Positions 11,915-24,840 of a DNA stretch of 64,000 nucleotides are shown here, in pieces. The position numbers were made by a program, and so were the translations under genes. A model generated the notes under the pieces. The model had not been told where the DNA came from and ran no database searches. It saw only the letters and a program-made list of their open reading frames with translations. This DNA comes from Rhynchobatus australiae. Lineage: Eukaryota. The stretch lies in assembly GCA_034780895.1 (NCBI GenBank), contig JAUZTB010000076.1, positions 92,888,610 through 92,952,609 of the forward strand, written 5' to 3'. Every line of letters starts with the position of its first letter. Within the stretch, counting starts at the first letter, position 1.

Positions 11915-13684
11915 AAATATTACAAACGTTATTAAATTATAGATCTTGCCAAAGTGGGCCAACCAGCAATGTTCAATGTCACAGAACCCAGAAAGTTCTA
12001 AGCTTTATTGGTGATCTGTGATGAAATTACTCATGTTCACCAGTTATGAGAGATAGAATGCTGCAGTTGTCCTCAGTATACCTGGACTATGAAAGAAGCA
12101 AATCAGGAGGGACATTGCCCAAAGATCCCTCCTGGAAAATGAAAAAAAAGTGTGCTTCAGGCAAGGTCAGGATCAAGATTAGCATTAATCCCTTTCAAAA
12201 TAAGAAAATCTGTAAAGACTCCCTGTTTAAACCATTAATAAAGAATGGCAATTAGAGAGAAAAACTACCAGAGTTGAAACATTCTGCAACTGGTACAGAT
12301 TAAAACCAGTGAATTCACTTTTACTGAGTCTTCCTACAAAGGAATCAGAATCACTCAAAGGAAAAAGGGCAAGATCTTAACTTTTTTCTACCAATGGAAG
12401 GTGTGTGACATAACCATAATGGAGTTATTGGCTAATCATAGAAATCTCCATTTAATCCACAATGGACCAGACATAAAACTACGAAAACCACGGTATAGAA
12501 AGCTTTGAAAGCTTGAACTTAGAAAAGCTCAAAATTACCTGCTTCTCCCAAACATGCATTATGTCTCAAGGTAGGGTATACTTTATTCCGAAATATAATT
12601 TGCATTTGTATAAATCAGTCTGTTTTCCTCTTCCCCCCAGGGACCGTGTTTCATAGGAATAATGTTTCCATACTGCAGACGTATTCAAAAATCATTAATG
12701 GTTTTGATAACGTAAATAAGGAGAAGCTCTCTAGTTGCAGAGTGGTCAGAAATAAGAGACAGAGCTAGCACAATTTGTACAAGAACCAGAGGCAACCCGA
12801 GGAAACATTTTAATATAATGCTTGAATGAATAGTGAAAGCTGATTCAATAATAACCTTACGAAGAGAATTTGATAAATATTTCAACAGAAACAAAGCTAT
12901 GATAGAGTATGGATGGAAGTACAGTTCAACTACAATGTAGGAATTTTACAGCCTTTGATCAGAGAAAGATTTTTAAAATATGAATTAGTTTCATTTTAAG
13001 CAGGNNNNNNNNNNNNNNNNNNNNNNNNNNNNNNNNNNNNNNNNNNNNNNNNNNNNNNNNNNNNNNNNNNNNNNNNNNNNNNNNNNNNNNNNNNNNNNNN
13101 NNNNTTAGTTTCATTTTAAGCAGGTTGTTTGCTGAATGAACTTAATTTGTTTTCACCAGTGTAAATAATAATCAACTCCTTCGCTTGTATTAATAATTAA
13201 ACAAATAACACATTACATCAAGTGTGTGAGAAACTGTGAAGAAATGGCTGCAGATGCACCCAACAAAAGTATTGAAGGAAGAATTGGTTCTGCTCAAGTA
13301 CGCTATCTGAATGCAGAGCTGCAGCTATTCCACTCATTAATTACAAATAATGTTGGGAAAGTGCCACAAGTTCACTATATTTTGCAATACCACAGAAAAA
13401 TTGAAATAAGTGAAAGCAATCACAACTGCTGCTCTGTACAATCACTTGAAGTGACATTAAGCTATTTAAAGATTTATCTTGCCAGGTGTTTGCTTGATTT
13501 TCCTTCAGAGATAATTAAGCAATACACATTCAAAAAACATAAATATACACAATGTCAAAATAGCTGGTTATATATATCCATGTTATTTTATTACCCACAT
13601 ACAGAAAATACTGAGATATAAGGCAGCACATGTCAACTCAGTTCAAGGAAAGGTATGAAACCTGGTGAAGAATATGTGACACTT

Positions 13685-13772
13685 TAGGCAAATGGAACTA
13701 GCTGAGGGGGGCAATTTGGTCAGCATGGACAAGTTGGACTGAAGGGCCTGTTTCAGTACTATATGATTCTAT
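13685..13772 (+). mobile_element. Isolated CR1/HER1-type 3' tail
   Basis: ggtcagcatggacaagttggactgaagggcctgtttcagtactatatgattcta. Confidence 0.7.
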
Positions 13773-15494
13773 AACCCTCCTGAGAAAGCACTCACTCCAT
13801 TTTACTAAGCAAAAGTGTAAGGCCTATTTAGAAAGGCAGCTATATTTAACTTCCATAAAGTGTGATGCATTTTAACAAAAAGAGAAAATAATACAGCTTA
13901 CGGCTTACTAAAATGTCACTTTGTCCAGATTATCCAAATTTTGGATTTTTTTAATCTAGCACCATAAACTGAGTAATATAANNNNNNNNNNNNNNNNNNN
14001 NNNNNNNNNNNNNNNNNNNNNNNNNNNNNNNNNNNNNNNNNNNNNNNNNNNNNNNNNNNNNNNNNNNNNNNNNNNNNNNNNCACCATAAACTGAGTAATA
14101 TAACCAGAAGAACACCAATGATTCGAGCAGAGTCCCAATAGTAGCTTCCCAGAACACCTATGGAAAGGCAGGAACTAACAGTCGCCCTGCTCTGTAGGAC
14201 TGATTTAAATACAGTGATAATTAAACTGATATTAACCATTGCTTTCTATGTGTCTTTGAGTCAGTCCCATGGTACAAAACTTCCATAGAACATAACAGCT
14301 GAATGACAGTGCTACCTATGTAGATTACCCAAATTACTTAGGTGTTTATTTGTACTACTACAGCTCACCTTTTTTTAAAATGAGAATTCATAAATGAACA
14401 GAATTAGGGAAATTAGTATCAATGATCTCAGCTCCAACATATCACATTTCCAAGAGAATTTTTTCCCAATTTCCATCAAAGAAACACACCTATTCTTAAC
14501 TGAATGGTTATTAAAAAGTGATGAGGATCAACAGGAAAGTTACTTTAGCTGTTTGCAATGTTGTTCACTGGTGCGAGACAGCAGCGTTTCACACACAATC
14601 TAATTCTCCTTCCTTTTGTATCTAGGAATTTTAAATCAACATTCAAGACTCGTAAGACGCAGTAAATCATAAAGTACTGGCTCACTTCCATATCTTTACT
14701 CTGGGGAGATCACCATGTGAAAGTGCACTATTAGTAGAATTTCATTTGCAAATGACTAGCAAGCAAAGATTCGTCAAATATAGCCGTGGGTAAGGTAGGC
14801 TGCAATAATTTTTAATTTTTTTTGGTTATGAATTGTCTTCCCCAAGTGGAACTTTTTGAATGATTTGAACATTAGGAGACAAGTCTAAGATGTTCAACTG
14901 CAAACTTTGATACTTCTGAGTTATTTGTCATTTCTAAAAGATCTTTTGGCCTAAGACATAAAACTCTTCATCGGATTTAAATAATCCCCATAAAATATGT
15001 CATTTGGATCTTCCAGGTCAGGGTCTACCAAAGATAAAAGGTATTCTTTAAACTGGTGTAAGTAGGTATTGACTGAAAATACAGATTATATAAATTAAAA
15101 CACACATAAAAGTTAACAAGCAGGCGTAGCAGCCAGAAAAATTACTCAGAGATAGTGCAACCCAAAACATCATTGCATTAACTATGAGCTGATGCAGGAT
15201 CTTGACCCAAAACATCAATAATTCTTCTCCCCCCCACAGATGCCCCCTTGATCTGCCGAGTTTCTTCAGTTTGTTTTTCGCACAAGAAATTGGCAGTCTT
15301 TTGACTCTTTCTCACATCTGTTCCGCCTTTTTTTGGGAGAAAAATGTCTGACCTGAGCCAAGGAGTTTTCCATACGGGGAAGTAGAGTGTGGGAACCTAC
15401 ATCCTAGCAAATGCAATAAAAGAATAAATGTGACACACTTCTGACACTGCACACGAAATGGCAGAAAATATTGTGATGATGTCCATTTAAAGAT

Positions 15495-15733
15495 AAGGCT
15501 GTAAGATATAGGAGAAAAATTAGGCCATACAGCCTATCGAGTCTGCTCTGCCATTCAATCATGGCTGATTTTCTTCTCAACCCCATTGTGCTACCTTCTC
15601 CCCACAGCTGTTAACCCCCTTACCAATCAAGAACCTTTCAATCTCTGCTCAGATTTACCACCATCTGGCTGAAAAAAACTTCCTCATCTCAGTTTTCAAA
15701 GGGATGTCCCTTTATTCTGAGGCTGTGCCCTCA
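15495..15733 (-). mobile_element. CR1 LINE 3' end
   Basis: Reverse complement of the tail gactcgataggctgtatggcctaattttt; matches the tail at 57020-57075. Confidence 0.75.
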
Positions 15734-15734
15734 A

Positions 15735-16825
15735 GAAGGGCTTAAAGCTGATAAATCTTCAGGACATAATGAACTGCATTCAAAACTTTGGTAAGTGGTG
15801 GTGAAGGAGACACTGGTTGTCATCTTGCAAAATTCTTAAGATACTATAATTGTTCCCACAGATTGGAAGAGCTGAATCCCACTATTTAAGAGGGAACTGT
15901 AGAACTGTTAGCCCAACAACAGTAACAGGGGAATGCTAAAACTTATTGTTAAGTATTTGGTGCAGGACATTTAGAACAAAAGGAATGGCCAGAGAGACTA
16001 CTTGGATTAATGAAAAAGAAATTAACTTTGACAAGTCTGTTAAAAGTTGCCTTGAGGTTTTAACCAGAAGAATACACTGGAGGGAACTAGCAGAACTGAG
16101 ATTATTGGCCTCTTAGAAGACCTTCAAAAAAGTATCACATAACAGATTTTTAAACAAAAGTAGAGCCCAAGAGAATATAGTGATGTGGATTGAGGATTGG
16201 TTAAGGAACAGAATACAAAATAGCAATAAACAGGTAATTTTCGGTTGAGAGACTGTCACTAGTGGGGTAACAAAGATATTAGTGCTGGGATCCAGCTGCT
16301 CAATTTGTGTCAATGATTTGGATGAGGGGATCAAGTGTAACATATCTAACTTTGCTGATGGTACAAAAGGTATGACGCAATGTGGGTTGTTAAGACATTA
16401 AGAGAGGCTTCAAGGAGATATAAATAGGCTAACTGAATGAGCAATGACATGGTAGATGGTATATCATGTGGAAAATTGTTGGCCTGGAAGGCCAGATGCA
16501 GGGACAATGCTTCCAATGGCTGGGATCTCTAGACAAGGCATGGGAGTCTTAAAAGCAAGGGGCTGCTCATTCAAAGCTGAATGGAGAAGAAATTCCTTCA
16601 ACTAGTGGGCACTGAACCTTTAGGATTCTCTATGCAGGATTACTGTGGATGCTCTGTCATTGAACAACAAAAATCAATAGAGTTTTATTTCTTAAAGGAT
16701 CCAAAGAATGTGGGATTGTTGTAGGAAAGTGGCATTGAGGTAAAAAAAATCAGCCATATTCTTACTAATTGGCAGGGCAGTGGTGAGACTCCAAATGGCC
16801 TACTCCTGCTTCTTTTTCTTACACT
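15735..16825 (+). mobile_element. Decayed CR1 LINE ORF2 (RT) to 3' tail
   Basis: Remnants of gtcactagtggggt..gtgctggga, aatgatttggatgaggg and tttgctgatggtacaaa (FADD-like); tail aaatggcctactcctgcttct. Confidence 0.8.
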
Positions 16826-18289
16826 TTATTTACCTGTCAATATATAATTTATAAATCCATTTTCTTTGCAGGCAAATGCATGTTGTTATGTTATATGCTG
16901 ACTTAATAATAATGAAAAGAGGGAAAACAAATCTCTATTATTAACACTAAAAATATTTTTGTATGGTTTGGATCCCAACAGTCCATGGTAGGAATAAATT
17001 TTGTTTTAAGTCATACATAAATGATACAGATAAAACTGTGAGGAATACTATTTAATGCATTATAATTCTGGCTGCATTTTACAACTGCTTGTGATGGGGG
17101 AAGAGTTAGATATTTTACAGCTCTTTGTTTCAAGATAGCACACCTAATTTCCTAAACCTATAATTGCCAACTTGCATTGGCAAACTTGATTAATAACCAA
17201 TTGGTAACACTGATAAAAACTTCAGATGACGCCCAGAAATTGACAAGCACCATTCTATGGCAGTCCATTTTACAAAAGGTGATTTACAGTAATGGTCAAT
17301 TGTCATTAGAAAAGTCTATTCATTAATATTTGAGATTTTTCTCAAAGCAGAATGCGAGATGTTGTAAGAAACACAAGATGGCAATAATAGCCTCCTCAAT
17401 TTTTCTGGTAATATAACTCAACTCAAAGAAACGTGGAAAAATAGGAGCCTGCAATTGAGTCCTTAAAACCTGCTTAACCATTCCATATGACCATGGCTAT
17501 TATCCACCTCAAAAGCATATTCCTGCTCTTACTGCATATCCCTTTAGATCATTAACAGGGAATTGGACCAACAGGCTTGCTTGATATAGAGCTAGAATGG
17601 ACTTGTTAGGCCAAATGGCCTCTTTCTGTGCCAAAATAATTTTATGATTCTAATGTGTACTCTTTTCAATTCTCTCCCCATTGATATTTCTTTTTACTTC
17701 TCAATCTTACAATTTTCAAAGCAATTTTTCTAGCTCTGACATTAATCTCAACATTCAGCTCAGTGGTACCTTACAAGTCCTACGAATACATGGATCTCTG
17801 ATGCTGGGCATCTGCAAAGAGGTCAGTGTAAGGGATTTTACACTAAGTCCTGCTAAATATGGGAATACTGTGCATCAGTTATGAAAAATTCATTAACAAT
17901 CAGTGATTAAATGTTGTTAGCAATCTTAAGAGCTACATGAGATGCGAAAGGAGCAACAAGTGGAATATCTCAAGTTTTGTTATGTACTTTCTATACACAG
18001 CAAACTACAAGGCTTAAAATTATAGATGGACAGCTCCAATTGTCTTTGAAAAATTGAGTATTTGGAACACTGATCTTTGCACAATGCTTAAATACAAATA
18101 GTTGACTCCGGTGTGTTGAAGGTGGGAATGGCTCCACTAATCATCAGCTGATTCAACTTATTTTCAATCACAGAAAAAGCTTTGAAGCAATACTCATGGA
18201 AAAGCTCCAATTATCCATACAACACCTATAATGTGTAGCTTATCTCATCACCAGATTTCTAATTGGCTAACCACAACTGCAACAGCATG

Positions 18290-19230
18290 AAAAAAAAAGT
18301 TCCAGGTTATAGAAAGATATTAATGGATTGCTTAGGTGGACACTAAAGTGACAAATGGAATTCAACCTGGAGAACTGTAAAGTTATACATTGCAATCAAG
18401 CCAAGGAAAATGACAACAAATGGTGTGATACTCCAAAATGTAGAGGAATAGGCAAATTTGGAATGCACGCCCACAAGTCCCTGAAGGCAACACCACAAGC
18501 AGTTAAGGTGGCAAACCATAGCTGAGGCTTGCTTGTACTCTCAGCAAGGAAATCATGTTCGAACTGTATGATACATCTGCTAGGCCACAGCTGAAATATT
18601 ATAAACAATTATGGTCTTAAAACTATAGGCAGGATATGATAACACTAGAGAGGTTGCAGAGGAGACCTAGGAGGATATTGGCCAAGGCTGGAGAATTTTG
18701 ATTGGAGAAGCAACGGTCTAATTTTGAGCATTTATTCTTTGGGACAAAGAAGACTGAAAAGAGATTAAGTGGAGATGTATTAAACTATGAGGCATCTACA
18801 GAAGATGAACAGTGAGAAAGCATTTTTCTTTGCAGAGAAATTATTAACTAGAGGGTACTAATTTAATTAGGACGTTAAGGGGTGACTTGAGAAAAAAAAT
18901 TCTTTCATTCATGTGTGGTTGGTGTCTGGAACTCACTGCCTGAAAGGGTGGTGCAAGTAGAGACCATCACCCGATTGAATAATTGGTATTGGTTTATTAT
19001 AGTCACCTGTACCGAAGTACAGTGAAAAACTTGTCTTGCATACCGATCGTACAGGTCAATTCATTACACAGTGTAGTTACACTGGGTTAGTACAGAGGGC
19101 ATTGGATGAGCAGTTAGCAGGGTTATGAGCTAAATGCTGGAAATTCAAACTCATCTCCAGTCTATTCTTGGGTGGCATGGATAAAATGGATTGAATACTT
19201 TCCTTCTGTGCCACAAATGATGATTTCATG
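18290..19230 (+). mobile_element. Decayed CR1 LINE 3' part carrying a nested opposite-strand LINE tail
   Basis: caaatggaattcaacctggagaactgt (QMEFN..C), gagaggttgcagaggaga, tctggaactcactgcctgaaagggtggtg. Confidence 0.75.
18982..19103 (-). mobile_element. 5'-truncated LINE tail (same family as 5858-6155) nested in CR1
   Basis: ggtttattatagtcacctgtaccgaagtacagtgaaaaacttgtcttgcat is nearly identical to 5862-5913. Confidence 0.75.
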
Positions 19231-20114
19231 AACTGCAATGGCAACAATCACTGCAAGGTCAGTAAAGACTGATAACACCACCTACGGCATCCAAAGACAT
19301 GTGCCAGTAATGTTAAAAATTAAATGAATTTCTGATCACATCATGTTCCCTCCTCCTTTCAAGTAATCTTGTTCAGAATTGTAACAAAGAGATTAGGAGA
19401 GAAACATGGGCTAACTGATTCAGTTCCAAATTCCGGATCTAGCAGCAACACAGAAAATTTATCAATCATAAACCAAAAGGGCCAAGGTATGTGGAGAGTA
19501 AAGTAATAGTGCAGAAGTGAAGACCACCCAAAAATACTGAGATCTCTGAGACATGGATTTCTTCTTTCCTAAAAATCAGCTACTGTCAGGCATCACTGTT
19601 AGGGAAGCCTTGGCATTCTGCAACATGATGTCTTTGTGGAAAACGAACAGCCAATCAAATTAAAGATTCTCAGGGACAGAAAAGCAAGTAATAAAATAAC
19701 TTTTAGACATTTTACAAACCACAAAATAGACATCAGATTAACAATGCTGAAATATCAAACTTTAAAACAGCACAGAATTTTGAAATATTTATGTGAAGGA
19801 GTGACAACCTGCACAGATAAAATTTGCTTCCTTAGAGTCAGAAGGATTGTGAAGCAGTATTATAAACTCAATTATGCCTCATTTACAAGGTATAATACTG
19901 CAGGATTATTTTGGATCGAGTTTAAACTTCTCAACAGTGCACCTTGTGGAAGACTGGGGAATTGCTCTCAGCAACCTCTGAATTTTTTTATATATTTGCA
20001 AAATCTGGGCTAACAAAAATGTCTCTAATCACTCCCAAAAAGAATCGGAGGCAGTGTTTGCATGGGACAAGCAGGTTCAAGGGCTCATTCAGGCATAGCT
20101 TCAACACCACTCAC

Positions 20115-20196
20115 CCGTGGAATGGCGGAAGATGCACAAACTCTCCTCTGACCAGGGTCCTTTACTCAGCCCCTTAGCCAGAGTAAGGAGACCAAT
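20115..20196 (-). other. Candidate 82-nt poison (PTC/frameshift) cassette exon of ARID1B
   Basis: Acceptor ttatttttttttcccctacag| and consensus donor CGG|gtgagt in non-repetitive sequence. In the ARID1B phase it reads A TTG GTC TCC TTA CTC TGG CTA AGG GGC TGA (stop), and 82 is not a multiple of 3. Confidence 0.6.
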
Positions 20197-22499
20197 CTGT
20201 AGGGGAAAAAAAAATAACCTTCAGTGGTCCAAGCCACTTGAGAGGCACACAGCACATTCGCCCACCTGATGGTGTGTGGAACTACCACCACTTAATGATC
20301 ATTTGGTTTGCATTTGCATTGTTAATCAGGAAACTTGCAGTTATGGTTAACTGGCTTCTGTTTTCCTGGGGCTTGTGTGTGTTGCCCACTGGTGTAATGG
20401 CAGGAGAATGATGGAGTCCTACCTACAAAAGCAAATTCAGGAGACAGGGACTTCAAACGTTCAGTTTAGGCAAAATATTTTAAAGAACTTTAAATTCAAG
20501 CACTGGCTAATACATGCACATTTGATAGGAATGGAATATTTTTTTAAAAATGCATCTGAACAGGAGTCATTGTTAATGCATTGAGAAATCAACATTTAAA
20601 GGTCAGCACATTTACAAGCAAAGTTGGCCATGCTGCAGGCTTCCAGTGTGCTATTTTAAGGAGCTTAAGCTAAATGGATGATGTGACAGCAGAAACCTGC
20701 ATCGATACAGTACCTTTAATATATTATATAAGGTCCAAGATCTATCACAGAAACCTTATCAAACAAAATCTGAACACCAAGCCATGTATTTAACACAGGT
20801 GTCCGAAAGCTTGGTCAAATACCAGGGAGAGAAGTAGAATCTATGATGAGGGAACAGAGTTCGTGGTCAAGACTAAAGGCAATGTCTCATGACTTCCAAA
20901 TATTGAGTTCCAGGAAATTTCTGTTTGTCGAGCTACAGATGTCTGATGAGCAATCTGCCAATGTACAGACAGTAGAGGGCTCATGTAATGTGGTGAACTT
21001 TTTTCCAAAGACTGCACACTGACAAGAGTATAAGAGATCTCTACGCTCCATGGTCACTGTCACATAACACAAAAGCTGTTTTGTAAATTGACATCAATTA
21101 GTAAGAGTTAATCCAATTAACATACCTATCATCTTCAAGGGACAAATGTAATACAAGAGACAACCTGCAGTGTGTCCACAGGAAACCAGAAATATGAAGT
21201 TACTGAGTATTCTCAAAGGAATATATGCAGTTAATCTGCACAAAATATATGATTCTGTGTAAACTGGATATCATGATTCTGTAAAAGTCATTAAATAATT
21301 TAAATGAGAATGCAGTAACAATAAGCTTCAAATTTAAATGTAACGGATTTAAATTTTCTATATNNNNNNNNNNTTCATTTTGTTAAGAGCCAGATAAAGC
21401 TGTAATCATTAACTGATGCTGGCAGAGGTGGTTTTTTTTCCCCTTTGACATTTAAGTGCAATGTATGCATTTATTTTATCATTCCCAGCAACCTTCAGCC
21501 CATCATTACCACTTCACTGCCAGGGCTTCTGAGAAAATAAGAGGGCACGAAGTGCTTTGCTGGCACTATCAACCGGAGTATGAATTATATATAAGCAGCC
21601 AGCTTTAAAACAATACTTTCATAAGCAATCTGTGATCCTTGGAGAACTTCAAAAGATGATAAAAATTCTACTGAAAATTGCCCTAAAAGGCCATAAATGA
21701 AACATTACTGAATTTTTTCCCCTCATTAACCCTGTACTGCTGAGGTCAGTTCATGAAAACAAGATAGTTCATTCAGTCCAACAGAGATAAAGGTTTTGTT
21801 GCATCCTGTGGCTGAAAACTCTTCTTTGCTCCAAATGCGTTTTACCCAAGAGACTATTTTTATAAGTTATGGCCTCTAGATATTATTGAACAAAGCAGAC
21901 AGGGAAAAAGTAAAAAGGTTCCCATGATGTGCCTTGTTTTCATAAATCTGTGTTAAAAACAAGCTTCAAACCCATACTCTATTCCTATTTCTGCACTTTG
22001 AGCCTGAACTTGCACATTTAACTACATTTATTTTTGCTTTATTTCATTTTAGAAAATTTACATTGTGCCAATATTACATAGTGGAATATTTTTTTGCAAA
22101 ACAAAATAGCAGAACTGGAAAGATGAACAAGTGCAATGAACGTCAAATGAATTTTGTTGCTCTGCCAATGACCCAGTCAATTTATTATTCCACAAGTAGC
22201 AGAATATCACAGGCAAGGAAAATCCAAACGTTGATCTGTTATCAGAATTATGTTATGTCATTGCAACTCTAGCAGTGCAGAGGCCCTAATACTGATATTA
22301 TGCCCTTAAGGAGAAGAAAAAAAGAACTGAAGTATCTTTGGATGAGGCCTGAACAAGGTCCTCTGTAGGCAAATGATTTGTCCTTACTCTTAAGATTCAT
22401 CCATATTTGAGGATGAAGGAAACATACAGGGATTTAAAAGGTGCAATGGTCAGATGGAGAGGCACAAGCATCTGGAGGAGAAAAAGTCCAATAAGCAGA

Positions 22500-24840
22500 A
22501 CAAGCAAGTAAATAAACATCAAAGGAGTTCAAAGTTAAATTGTGTCTATTGTAATGCAAGGAGTATAATTAGTAAATTAGATGAACTCAAAACTTTAATT
22601 AACATGGTGGTCTACGATATTGTTGCCATTGTTGAAACATTGTTAAACGATGGGCAGGACTGGCAACTCCATATCACAAGGTATAGAACTTTCAGGAGCA
22701 ACAGAGGTGGGAGTAAAAGGGGAGAACGTATTGCACTGTTAGTTGAAGATTTCGTTACTTCAGCATTGAGAGAGGATATCATAGAACAAGGCCATGGGTA
22801 GAGATTAGAAGCAAAAATGGTGTCATCACCTTGTTGGGGGTGTCTTACAGACTTCTCAATAGTCAACAGGAGCTAGAGGAACTGATACAGAGGCAAATAT
22901 CAGATAGATGCAATAACAATTGGACAATTGGGTTGTCATACTGTTGGATTTCAAATTTCCCAAATATTAACTGGGATTACCTTCTTACTGTCAAAGGCTC
23001 AGAGGGGACAGACTTTGAGGTGTGTCCAGCACTGCAGTACATAGCAAAACCAACAAGGAAAGAAGCATTACTGAACCTTATTTTGGGGGATATGGCTGGC
23101 CAAGTGGAAGGAATGTCAGAAGGGAAACATTTTGGAGATGGTGACTATAACTCTGTATATTTTAGTGGTTATGGAAAAGGATAGAGATGGACCAGCAATA
23201 AAGGTCTTAAACTGGATTAAGACCAATTTCATAAGGGAGGACCTGGCAAAGGCAGACTGGGAGTATCTACTTGCAGCTAAGTCTACATCTGCACAGTGGG
23301 AAGCATTCAAAGGAGAAACAGCAGAAGTTCAGGATCAAAGCTAATGGAAAAGCCAGGTGTAACAAGTAGAGGGAACTCTGGATGTTGAGGGATATTGAGG
23401 TTTGGATAAAGAATGAAAAGAAAGCATATCATAGGTATATGGAACTAACGACAGGGGAGACCTGCTAAGGGTATAAAAGTATAGGGAAGGTGCTTGAGGA
23501 GGAAATTAGGAAGGCAAAGAAGGATCTCGAGAAATCATTGGCAGACAGGATTGAGGTAAATCTGAAGGCATTATGCAAGTACATTAAAGCAACAGAATAA
23601 CCAGAAAAATAGGGCCCATTAGGCACAATCTGTGTGGGGAGCCAGAAGGTACATGTAAGGTCTTAAATTAATACTTTTCATTGGTATTCACAAAGGAAAC
23701 AGACTTGGTGAACTGGAAAATTCAGTGGAGGATAGGTGAAAAGTTCAGTGCAGATCTCCATAAAGAAATTCTTGATGCCTTGGCAGGCTTAAGTGTGGAT
23801 AAATCCCTAGGACCAGATGGGATTTATCCCAAAGTTGCTGCAGGGGGCAAGGGAAAAGATTGCTGGAGCTCTGTCTGAGATTTTTAAATCTTTGCTGGAC
23901 ATGAGGTATAACTGGAGGACAGCAAACATGGTCCCCCTTTTCAAGAAAGGCAGCAGGAAAATGCCTGGTTACTATACATCTCTGAGCCTAACATCAGTGG
24001 TAGAGAACATACTGGAAAAAATTCTGAGGGAGAGGATTAATGATCACTGGGAAAGGCAGGAACTAATCAGAGACACCCAACATGGATTTGTCAAGGGCAG
24101 ATCCTGTCTGACCGAATTATGAAGAGTTAATAAAGTGTACTGGGCAGTAGTGTAATTTACATGGACTTTAGTAATGCCCTCGACAAGGTCCTGTATGGGA
24201 GACTGGCTCAAACGGTTGGGGCCCAGGGAATCCAGAGCAAGTTGACAAACTGGATCCTAAATTGGCTTGGCAATAGGAGACTAAGGGTGATGGTGGAGGG
24301 TTGCAGACAACATAGTTAGGAAGGCATATGGGATACTGGCTTTCATTAGTTGAAGCACTGAGTAACCTTATAAATCCTTGGTCAGACCTCAGCCAGAGCA
24401 CTGTATGCAGTCTGGGTCACCAAGGTATGTTACGGTGCTGGAGAGGGTGCAGATGAGATTCATGAGGATGAAGTGTTTCAGTTATGAGGAAAGATTGGAG
24501 AACTAGGTTTGTTCTCCCTGAAGTGGAGGAGGTTAAGAGGGGACATGACTGAGGTATATAAAATGACAGGTATAGATAGAGTAGATTGTAGGAATCTTTT
24601 CCCTGTATCAGAGATAGATAAAACTAGAGGACATAGGTTTATCATAAGGGGGGGAGGGGAGGGTGGGAAGAGATTTAGGGGATATATTGGGGGAATCTTC
24701 ATAATCCAGAGAGTAGTCAGTACTTGGAATGCACTGCCTGACAAAGTGGCTGAAGCTGGGTCATTGACAGCAATTGAAGAAGTGTTGAGATCAGCACTTG
24801 AATCCCTTTGGCATAGGCTGCTGGGTGATGGGATTGATAT
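22500..24840 (+). mobile_element. Long CR1 LINE ORF2 pseudo-copy (APE endonuclease, RT N-part, 3' end) with frameshifts and an internal deletion
   Basis: APE start LNCVYCNARSIISKLDEL..YDIVAIVETLL; NFPNINW; PTRKEALLNLILG; DKSLGPDGIYP; WRTANMVPLFKKG; QHGFVKGRSCLT; FSLKWRRLRGD; KTRGH; WNALP. Confidence 0.95.

Noticed and set aside
13226-13621. 131-aa ORF (likewise 19636-20013, 43315-43665, 44893-45234)
   Set aside because: No recognisable domain, AT-rich intronic composition and antisense to the host gene; consistent with chance ORFs.
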